DNA from: Hyalangium minutum
GTDB taxonomy: Bacteria > Myxococcota > Myxococcia > Myxococcales > Myxococcaceae
Assembly: GCF_000737315.1 (NCBI RefSeq)
Contig: NZ_JMCB01000006.1
Coordinates: 248,001 to 312,000 of the forward strand
Length of the DNA stretch: 64,000 nucleotides
Direction: 5' to 3'
The position numbers and the translations under genes are program-made. How positions within the stretch are numbered: the stretch's first letter is position 1; every line of letters begins with the position of its first letter. Shown in pieces: positions 51,095-58,776 of the stretch. The notes beneath the pieces are model-generated. The model had not been told where the DNA came from. It saw only the letters and a program-made list of their open reading frames with translations, and searched no databases.

Positions 51095-51478
51095 TCAGTT
51101 CTGGCTGCTCTCCACGGCATTGCCCGAGGTGAGCACCGCCGAGTCCACCGAGGCCACGTGGCGCCGCCGCAGCCGGCGTGCCTTCTCTTCCTGCCGCTCC
51201 TCGTGCTCGATGATGGCCTCGACGTTGCCGTGCGCGTGCTTGCAGTGCACCGCGGACACTTGCTGGTGCCGCTCGGCCAGCTCCTGCCACAGGTGCGTCC
51301 GCGCCTGATTGCCCAGGAGCCGCTCCTCCACGTTGTCGAGGGCCTCATCCATCTTCTGGCCCTCGGCCTCCAGCTCGGCCAGCCGGGCCTCGGCATCCGG
51401 CGGCGGCTGGGCACAACCCGCCGATAGCACCAGCGCCATCAGCCCCACGCCCCGTGCCCAACCCCGCTTCCCGGCCAT
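51095..51478 (-). CDS. Small coiled-coil lipoprotein
   Basis: Lipobox SAGC followed by a coiled-coil. Confidence 0.7.
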   Translation of the reverse strand: MAGKRGWARGVGLMALVLSAGCAQPPPDAEARLAELEAEGQKMDEALDNVEERLLGNQARTHLWQELAERHQQVSAVHCKHAHGNVEAIIEHEERQEEKARRLRRRHVASVDSAVLTSGNAVESSQN

Positions 51479-51628
51479 CGCCTACCTCGTGTCTCGCGCC
51501 GTGAGAAAGCCCCGCGCGGCAACGCCAAGGTAGGAAGCACTTCCCAGACCGACAACCCGAGCCCCCATCCAACCGGGTCGGGTTTCCAACACCCAACGGT
51601 TCGCGGTGGGTTCCCCGCCCCGGAGGGC

Positions 51629-52138
51629 TCAGCCCTTCTGACGGTGACGAAGAATGAACTCGCACACTTCGCGCGCCGCGCCGAACCCCGCCGGCTTCTG
51701 CGCGACATAGTGCACTTGTGCACGGACCTCGTCCGGGGCCTCCGGAGGCGCCGCAGAGAACCCCACCGCCTTCAACAGCGGCAGGTCCACCACCTCGTCC
51801 CCCATGTAACCACACCGGTCCGCTGACACCTTCAGCAGCTCCAGCAGCTTCTCGAAGTGCGCCACCTTGTCCTGGCTGCCGAAGTGCACGTGCCGCAGCC
51901 CCAGCGACTGCATCCGCATCTGCGCCGACAGGCTGTCGCCGCCGGAGATGGCCGCCACCTCGATGCCTACTTCCTGCAGCCGCTTGATGCCCATGCCGTC
52001 GCGCACGCTGTACATCTGCGTCCAGCCGGAGTTCGGCACCCAGAAGATGCGCCCGTCCGTCAGCGTCCCGTCGATGTCGAAGATCATCACCGACAGGTGA
52101 CGCACCCGGGCCTTGAGCGACTCGAGGTCCTGGTTCAT
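51629..52138 (-). CDS. kdsC: KdsC family phosphatase (KDO 8-phosphate phosphatase)
   Basis: IFDIDGTLTDG, RDGMGI, YMGDEVVDLP, GAAREVCE. Confidence 0.88.
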   Translation of the reverse strand: MNQDLESLKARVRHLSVMIFDIDGTLTDGRIFWVPNSGWTQMYSVRDGMGIKRLQEVGIEVAAISGGDSLSAQMRMQSLGLRHVHFGSQDKVAHFEKLLELLKVSADRCGYMGDEVVDLPLLKAVGFSAAPPEAPDEVRAQVHYVAQKPAGFGAAREVCEFILRHRQKG

Positions 52139-52145
52139 CCGCCGC

Positions 52146-53534
52146 CTACTTCGGCACGGCCTTCAGCGTGGCCTTGCCGTCCTTGATGACGACCTTGAAC
52201 TCCACCGACTTGGCGTTGTGCTGCTTGAGCAGCTCCGGCACCTGCTTGCGCAGGTTCGCCGCCACCGACTCGTAGTTCATCTTCGAGGTGTCCTCCTGGT
52301 TGCGGCGCTTCGCGGTGACGTAAGCGTCGTAGACCGCCTTGAGCTTCTCGTCGCTCAGCCCCGCCCCGCCGCCGCCACCCGCCGCAGGCTTGGGCGGCTG
52401 AGAAGGCTGAGAGGCGGGCTTGGCCGCCGCGGGCATCCCCGGCTTGGAGCCCGCCGAGGACGGAGCCCCCGGACGCGCTCCCGCGGAAGGAGGAGGACGC
52501 GAGGCGCTGGGCGCCGAGGGCTTGGCGCCCAACGGCTCGTCCGCGAGGCTCTCCAGGGCTGCGGCGATGCCGGACGAGCCCTGCGAGGGCGCGCCGAACG
52601 CGGGCACTCCGCGCGCGGGCGGGCTCGAGCTGCCCGAGGTACCCCGTGCCGGCGTACCGCCCGGGGGCACCGAGGCCGTCCCCTTCGAGGGCGTGGCGAC
52701 GGGAGGAATCGCGGGGGTGCCCTTCGAGGGCGTGGCACCCGGAGGAATCGTAGGGGCGCCCTTCGCCTGAACTCCCGGGGGCGAGCCCGTGCCCTTCGCC
52801 GGAGACGTCATCGCGGGAATGGACGGCAGGGGTGCCACCGAGGGCGTACCGCGGAACGGTGTGCCGCCCGTGGCCATGGGCGCCACCGTGGGCGCCACCG
52901 CGGGGACCATCGGCCCCACCGCGGGCACCGTGGCCACCGAGGGCACGGGCCGGAACGGCACGGCGGCGGGCCCGGGCTCCACCGGCCGAGGGATGAACCG
53001 CTGAGGCTCCGCGACCGGCTTCGGCTCGTTGGGGACGATGTCGAGCACTTCCTCCAAATCGTCCTCGGAGATCTCCTCCGTGAGGTTGTGGGCCTCGCCC
53101 TTGCGCTTGTCCGCGTCTCCGGACTTATTCGCGCGGCGCTTGGCCTTGTACATGTCCCGCTTGTACGTGCCCGATTCGATTTCCTGGAGCGTGCGCTGCC
53201 ACAGGCGCTCGTAGGTGAGGAACTTGTTGTAGAGCGAGGAGATGCGGAACTTCACCGCGGTGTTGCGCACCAGGCCCGTCTTCAGCTTGTTCAGCCGTTT
53301 CCTGAAGGTGTCGTGAGCCAGAGTCGGCGGCAGCCGCTCATTGCCCATGAAGTACTGCTCGTACGTCACCTTGAGGACCATGAGCTCTTCTTCGAGCTCC
53401 GCGCACTCCTCGATGGCTCTCTCACTCGTGGACTTCTTCGACGCGTCGTCTCCCCCCAGCGCCTTCAGATTGGCGGAGGACTTGCCGGGTGAGGACTTGG
53501 CGGCAGATGTAGGCTTTCCGATCTCCGGCGGCAT
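52146..53534 (-). CDS. Myxobacterial conserved protein (MXAN_5187 C-terminal-domain-like) with a Pro-rich linker
   Basis: N-terminal helical domain (YEQYFMGNERLPP), low-complexity middle, C-terminal VYDAYVTAK...VEFKVVIKDGKATLKA. Family name from recall. Confidence 0.65.
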   Translation of the reverse strand: MPPEIGKPTSAAKSSPGKSSANLKALGGDDASKKSTSERAIEECAELEEELMVLKVTYEQYFMGNERLPPTLAHDTFRKRLNKLKTGLVRNTAVKFRISSLYNKFLTYERLWQRTLQEIESGTYKRDMYKAKRRANKSGDADKRKGEAHNLTEEISEDDLEEVLDIVPNEPKPVAEPQRFIPRPVEPGPAAVPFRPVPSVATVPAVGPMVPAVAPTVAPMATGGTPFRGTPSVAPLPSIPAMTSPAKGTGSPPGVQAKGAPTIPPGATPSKGTPAIPPVATPSKGTASVPPGGTPARGTSGSSSPPARGVPAFGAPSQGSSGIAAALESLADEPLGAKPSAPSASRPPPSAGARPGAPSSAGSKPGMPAAAKPASQPSQPPKPAAGGGGGAGLSDEKLKAVYDAYVTAKRRNQEDTSKMNYESVAANLRKQVPELLKQHNAKSVEFKVVIKDGKATLKAVPK

Positions 53535-53575
53535 GCAACCTCAGAGTGTCCCCAAGACTCGCCTCAGGATCAACC

Positions 53576-54874
53576 TCATGCCGGACTGGGAGTAGCGCCC
53601 AGGCCTGCCGCCCCGCCCAGCCGGCGGGCGCGTTGGTACATGAGGGTGGCCCCAAAGGTGAACATACACAGGGAGATGAACTGGCTGGTGGAGATGTTGT
53701 ACCAGGCTTCCAGGGGAACCCACTTCGCCAGGGAAGGGGCGCTGGAAGTCAACAGGCCGTGCAGCGTGCCGCGCTCGGCGTCCCCGCGGAACAGCTCCAC
53801 CGTGGAGCGCAGCACCGCGTAGGCCATGAGCCACAGGGAGAAAATCTGCCCGTGGAAGCGCCGGGAGCGGCGCAGGTAGAGCAGGCTGGCGAAGATGGCC
53901 GCCTGGCCCAGGGACTCGAAGAGCTGCGTGGGGTGCACCGGCAGCGTGGTGCCGTGCTGCGACACCCACTCAGAGATGCGCACCGCGCCTGGAACGGCCT
54001 GGGGAAACACCTCGCCGGTGGCCTCGAGGACGTAGCGCGGGTCCATCGCCTGGGAGCTGTAGGCCGTGCTGCCCGCGCCGGTGAGGTGGCCGAAGAGGTC
54101 TCTCGCCAGCCCCGCGCCTGGGAAACGCACGGCCAGCGCCGAGTGACTCCCGGCCGGCCCACCCCAGCAGCAGCCCGCGGAGAAGCAGCCCAGCCGCCCC
54201 AGCGCCTGCCCGAGCGACACGGTGGGGATGGCCAGGTCCGCCAGGCGCAGGAACTCCATGCCATTCACCCGGGCGAAGGCGTAGGCCGCCACCGCCGCGC
54301 CAATGAGGCCGCCGTAGAAGACGAGGCCGCCGCCCAACGAGAAGATGCTGCCCAGGTTCTTCGCGTAGTCCTGCCAGTTGACGATGATGAAGAGCACGCG
54401 GCTGCCCACCAGCCCGCCCACGAGCACCCAGAAGCCCAAATCCAGCACCTGCTCGCGGCGCCGAGGGCCCTCGGTGTCCACCCAGCCCTGCCCCTCCACC
54501 CACTCCACCTTGCGCCACTCGTCCTGGGCCAGCCGTGCCGCCACGTTCGCCGCGCAGAAGAAGCCGGCGGCCAGCAGCACACCGTAGGTGTGCACCGGAA
54601 TGCCCTCGCCCTTGCCACCCGGGAAGGCGCTGGCGGGCATCGCGTACTGCAGGCCAAACCACGCCAGCACCGCGCCACCTCCGCCGTAGAGCAGCGCGCG
54701 CTGCACCTTGTCCGCGCGCTTCACCTCGGTCCGCGTGCCCTGCTTCGTCAGCTCGCCCTGCGCGCCCATCCAGCCGTTGCGCGCGATGGAGGCCACCACG
54801 GCCAGCGCCACCGCGTACAGCAGCAACTGCGACCACAGGGACTCGAAGGTGAGGCGGATGAGGATGGGAAGCAT
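53576..54874 (-). CDS. lgt: Prolipoprotein diacylglyceryl transferase
   Basis: GSRVLF, LVFYGGLIG, LGRLGCFSAGCCWG, HPTQLFE, STSQFIS. Confidence 0.92.
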   Translation of the reverse strand: MLPILIRLTFESLWSQLLLYAVALAVVASIARNGWMGAQGELTKQGTRTEVKRADKVQRALLYGGGGAVLAWFGLQYAMPASAFPGGKGEGIPVHTYGVLLAAGFFCAANVAARLAQDEWRKVEWVEGQGWVDTEGPRRREQVLDLGFWVLVGGLVGSRVLFIIVNWQDYAKNLGSIFSLGGGLVFYGGLIGAAVAAYAFARVNGMEFLRLADLAIPTVSLGQALGRLGCFSAGCCWGGPAGSHSALAVRFPGAGLARDLFGHLTGAGSTAYSSQAMDPRYVLEATGEVFPQAVPGAVRISEWVSQHGTTLPVHPTQLFESLGQAAIFASLLYLRRSRRFHGQIFSLWLMAYAVLRSTVELFRGDAERGTLHGLLTSSAPSLAKWVPLEAWYNISTSQFISLCMFTFGATLMYQRARRLGGAAGLGATPSPA

Positions 54875-54988
54875 GGGGCCCTGCCAGGAGGAGACGGCAG
54901 CACGAAGACTACCCGTTCACGCGGCCGGAGGACGTCACCAGAAGTGGAAGGAGGCCGCCTGACTGCTCCCTGCGGAGGCGCTCGGGCG

Positions 54989-55594
54989 TCAGGCGCGAGC
55001 CCCTGGCTGAGGGTCCTTCCGCACGAAGGCGTCGAGGATGAGCATCCCCACGCCCACGCAGATGGCCATGTCCGCCACGTTGAACGAGGGCCAGTAGGCC
55101 TGGTCCTTCCAGTGCGCCTGGACGAAGTCCACCACGAAGCCCCGGGCCACCCGGTCGATGTAGTTGCCCAGCGCGCCGCCGAGCACCAGCGACAGGCCCC
55201 ACAGCGCCCAGCGCTCCTTGGGGTCCTTCCCGGAGAGCTTGGTGAAGTAATAGCCGATCAGAATCACGGCGCCGATGCTCACCACGTGGAACAGGGGCCC
55301 GCGCACCTCGCGCGGCAGGGTGCGGAACATGCCCCACGCGGCGCCCGGGTTCTCCTCGTAGCGCAGGCGCAGGAAGGACTCGAGGACCTCCACCGAGCGC
55401 TTGGCGCGGAAGTGGCGGCCATCCACGCCGGGGGGCGGCACATCGCTGCCGTACATCGCCTTCAGGCGCTCACCGGTGGTTTCCAGGCCGTCGAAGCGCG
55501 TGGTGAGGCTGCCCACGACGTCGTACTTGGTCCACTGGTCGAGCGCGACAGCGCCCAGGGTGATGACGAGGAGGATGAGATATTTGCGCGGCAC
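54989..55594 (-). CDS. lspA: Signal peptidase II (copy 2)
   Basis: DQWTK, NPGAAWG, GNYIDR, VVDF, FNVADMAI. Confidence 0.95.
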   Translation of the reverse strand: MPRKYLILLVITLGAVALDQWTKYDVVGSLTTRFDGLETTGERLKAMYGSDVPPPGVDGRHFRAKRSVEVLESFLRLRYEENPGAAWGMFRTLPREVRGPLFHVVSIGAVILIGYYFTKLSGKDPKERWALWGLSLVLGGALGNYIDRVARGFVVDFVQAHWKDQAYWPSFNVADMAICVGVGMLILDAFVRKDPQPGARA

Positions 55595-55625
55595 GGGGGC
55601 GGCTTACACCAAACGCCCCCACCCG

Positions 55626-56249
55626 TCACGGATTGGGGCTCTCAGCGAGCGGCGGGGTGACCGGCTCGCTCCGGCGCAGGCGCAGCGAATCCAGCAGCAT
55701 CAGCGCCACGCCGACACAGATGGCGGCGTCCGCCACATTGAAGGTGGGCCAGCGCATACCGGGCTGGTTGCGCCAGTGCCAATCGATGAAGTCGATGACG
55801 TAGCCGCGCACCAGCCGGTCCATGAAGTTGCCCAGCGCCCCGCCCGCCACCAGCGCCAGCGCCCCGCGCACCAGGTGCTGCCCGGGCTCCAGCCGCGTGT
55901 ACATGGTGAAGATGAAGGCCAGGGCCGCCAGGCTCACCACGTGGAAGAAGGCGCGGCGCACGCCGTCGGGCAGGTTGGAGAACAGGCCCCAGGCGGCGCC
56001 CGGGTTCTCCACATAGCGGAAGTGCCAGTAGTCCTCGATGAAGCGGTAAGGCCGGGTGGCGCGGTAGCGGCCGCCCTCGGCCGGCGGCGAGTTGTCCAGG
56101 TTCTGCTCGGAGAAGTACCCCTGCAGCCGGGCCAAGCCCGTGCGCCCATCCAGCGCGTCCGTGAGGTTCGCCACCGCCAGGTACTTGGTTACCTGATCGA
56201 CAGCCAGGGTGCTGAGGGCCACGAGGATGAGGAGGCGGAGGTTCTTCAT
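55626..56249 (-). CDS. lspA: Signal peptidase II (copy 1)
   Basis: DQVTK, NPGAAWG, GNFMDR, VIDF, FNVADAAI. Start at MKNLRLL. Confidence 0.95.
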   Translation of the reverse strand: MKNLRLLILVALSTLAVDQVTKYLAVANLTDALDGRTGLARLQGYFSEQNLDNSPPAEGGRYRATRPYRFIEDYWHFRYVENPGAAWGLFSNLPDGVRRAFFHVVSLAALAFIFTMYTRLEPGQHLVRGALALVAGGALGNFMDRLVRGYVIDFIDWHWRNQPGMRWPTFNVADAAICVGVALMLLDSLRLRRSEPVTPPLAESPNP

Positions 56250-56361
56250 CACTTGCAGTCCTAACCTGCTCTCCCGAGCCCTGACAACCGGCTGTGAGGG
56301 TCGTCTGCGTGCCCGCTTGCCTTCATTTCCCGCCAGCGGGCATTTCGGGCATGGTGGGGCC

Positions 56362-56754
56362 ATGCCGCCTGTTGACCCCCCTGTGGAAAAGCCCACTTCG
56401 ACCGACACCGTTCCGACGCAGGGCCCGGCCCAGGCCCAGACCAAGCCTCCACTGAAGGAGCGCCTCAAGGTGCTCATGACGGAGTACGGCTTCCTGGCCG
56501 TGCTCGTCTACCTGAGCACCTCCGTGGTGAGCATCACGGTGTTCACCGTGCTCATCCAGACGGCGGATCTGAAGGCGCTGGGCGACAGGTTCGGCGTCCA
56601 GCTCGAGGGCACCAGCGGCCTGCTGGGCACGCTGGGGGCGGCCTGGGTGCTGACCAAGCTCATCCAGGTGCCGCGCATCTTCGCCACGCTGGCGCTCACC
56701 CCCCTCATCGGGCGCATCCCCTTCGTGGCGCGGCAGCTCAAGCGCCTCGAGTGA
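56362..56754 (+). CDS. Small membrane protein (DUF1279/FAM210-like)
   Basis: LKVLMTEYG..AVLVY...AWVLTKLIQVPRIFATLALTP. Confidence 0.65.
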   Translation: MPPVDPPVEKPTSTDTVPTQGPAQAQTKPPLKERLKVLMTEYGFLAVLVYLSTSVVSITVFTVLIQTADLKALGDRFGVQLEGTSGLLGTLGAAWVLTKLIQVPRIFATLALTPLIGRIPFVARQLKRLE

Positions 56755-56770
56755 GAGGGGCGAAGAGGGA

Positions 56771-57601
56771 TTAGTTATTGGCCAGGGCCACCAGGAGGGC
56801 CTGCCACTCTGGAAAGAGCGCCACGGCATCCTGAGGGCGGTCCTGAATCCACCTGCTGAGCTGTCGACGGAACACCTTGGGATTGGCTTCTGGGCGCGTT
56901 GCGATGAGGGGGCTGAGCGCCGCGAGCAGATCCTTCCCGGAATACCAGATGAGCACATCGTCGATAGCAGTGAGGCCCGACAGCCTCTGCATGCGCTCGT
57001 TCAACGAGGCCTGAAGCACCGTGCCATCCAGAGTGGCCTCCACCTGCTGCCGGAATGCTCCAACGTGCTGCTGTACCCAGGCGAAGCAGGCCACCTGCGA
57101 GCAGTCCGGTGGAAGCTGAATCTCGTTGGTCAGCTCCGAAGGCCGAGTCGGCAGCTCCGTAAAAGGGGGCAGGCTCCGGCGCGCGATGCCCACAGCCCAG
57201 CGAGCGGCGGTGTAGGGCAGGAGGCGCTGAGCGGCGGCGAGCAGCTCCTTGGAGTAGTCCGCCGCGCTCCACCCGGTAGCAGCTTCCACGAGGCGGGGTT
57301 CCAGCAGGTAGCTCTCCAGCTCATGCCGGCACCACCGCCAGCCCAGGACGACGCCAGTCTCTAACTGAGCATCCACCACAGGCAGGGCTGCACTGGCCGG
57401 CGGGTCGAAGTCGAAATCCCGGTCACGCAGGTAGCACGCCACGACACCGGCAGACCCCTGACGCCTGTCGCGCGCCTTGGGCTTGAGCGAGCTCTTCGAA
57501 CCGCCCGTTTCCAGCGTGAGGCGCACAGGCGCCAAGCCCAGGACCGGGTTCAGAACCTCCGCGTCCAGCTTCCCCTCGACCAGCAGGACACTTACAGGCA
57601 C
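56771..57601 (-). CDS. TOPRIM/DUF4435-like protein (AriB-like putative nuclease)
   Basis: LLVEGKLD, RDRDFD (DxD) and HELESYLL. Overlaps the ATPase stop. Confidence 0.75.
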   Translation of the reverse strand: MPVSVLLVEGKLDAEVLNPVLGLAPVRLTLETGGSKSSLKPKARDRRQGSAGVVACYLRDRDFDFDPPASAALPVVDAQLETGVVLGWRWCRHELESYLLEPRLVEAATGWSAADYSKELLAAAQRLLPYTAARWAVGIARRSLPPFTELPTRPSELTNEIQLPPDCSQVACFAWVQQHVGAFRQQVEATLDGTVLQASLNERMQRLSGLTAIDDVLIWYSGKDLLAALSPLIATRPEANPKVFRRQLSRWIQDRPQDAVALFPEWQALLVALANN

Positions 57602-58638
57602 CGCTGGCCTCCGGGGAGCCGGATCTCCGCATCATCGGGGACGATGGTCTCCAGGTATGGCGAGTGGCTCGTGACGATGAACTGGCAGTCCGGGCCGATT
57701 CGGCGCAGAGCATTGAGGAGCGCCTGCTGCTGGGGAGGATGCAGGTGCAGTTCCAGCTCGTCGATAAGCACCACCGAGCGCGTAATGTCCTGTCGAACGA
57801 ACTCGTAGAGCAGGGGGAAAATGGCCTGCTCTCCCGAGGACATTTCCGCCAAGTCATAGACGCGCTCGCCGCGCTTCAGCAGGAAGTAGAAGTCAGCGGC
57901 GCTGGGAGCGCTGTCGACACTGCGTGGCTCGATGCCGACGAAGGATGTTCCGGGGAAGATCTCCGCGAACCGCTTCTCCAGCCGACCAAGATAGTCAGAG
58001 GCTTCGGTCCGACGCTGCGACGTATGAAACCCCCACCACCCCACGAGAAACTCTCGGAGTTGCCCAACGCCTCGTTGCCCGTCTCGCCCCAGTGAAGTCA
58101 GGTTCCTGTTCTGGTCGAACCAGAAAACGTCTCCGATCCGCTCGTAGTAACTCCTCCATTGGCTCTGAGTCCGTAGCAACTGACGGATGAGGTGCCGCCC
58201 CTCGAAAACGCCCTTCGCCCTTCGGTAATCCCTCTGGTCAAGCCGTCCATTCTCGTAGGTGAGCAGATACTCCGTGCGTTCGAAATAGAGTTCCCCACGA
58301 GGACGGTGGTTGGTGTGTTCCCATCCGTCAGAGACGTTTTCAATTGCCCTCAGCTCGTCTGGCTCGAAGCGCACTCCTAGTTCAACGCGCGTGCTCCCAA
58401 GGCTGGAGACCCGTTCCGCCATGAAGCCGGGCCAATCAAAACCAGCAGGCTCCTCGGTCTTCCGCGTTGCCAGAGACAACACGAGAGCGATGGCTTGAAG
58501 AACCGTCGTCTTGCCTGAGCCGTTATCCCCCAACAGCATCGTCAGCGGGCGTGGCCGGTTCGTTCCCTCCTCCAAAAAGGAGAGTTCGAGCCGCTCGATG
58601 CCCTTGAAGTTCTCGATGAGCAGTCGGGTGATCTGCAT
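57592..58638 (-). CDS. ABC-type (AAA_15/AAA_21) ATPase (AriA-like)
   Basis: IENFKGI, GDNGSGKT, MSSGEQ, VVLIDELELHLHP, TSHSP. Confidence 0.88.
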   Translation of the reverse strand: MQITRLLIENFKGIERLELSFLEEGTNRPRPLTMLLGDNGSGKTTVLQAIALVLSLATRKTEEPAGFDWPGFMAERVSSLGSTRVELGVRFEPDELRAIENVSDGWEHTNHRPRGELYFERTEYLLTYENGRLDQRDYRRAKGVFEGRHLIRQLLRTQSQWRSYYERIGDVFWFDQNRNLTSLGRDGQRGVGQLREFLVGWWGFHTSQRRTEASDYLGRLEKRFAEIFPGTSFVGIEPRSVDSAPSAADFYFLLKRGERVYDLAEMSSGEQAIFPLLYEFVRQDITRSVVLIDELELHLHPPQQQALLNALRRIGPDCQFIVTSHSPYLETIVPDDAEIRLPGGQRCL

Positions 58639-58776
58639 CCACCTTCTCCCTGAGGCTGCGAACGCGGCACTGTAGCCGACACCACCTCCGTGTCGACCTT
58701 CCCGTGACCGCCCTCAGGAAGCCTTCCGTGGAATGAAGGCCAGAGAACCTTCACCTCACGCCTTCGTCATCACGCC

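Noticed and set aside
56755-58776. Mobile element boundaries around the PARIS-like pair
   Set aside because: No integrase, transposase or convincing flanking direct repeat. Only a short GCCTTC/GAAGGC hairpin at 58721-58740 was seen.
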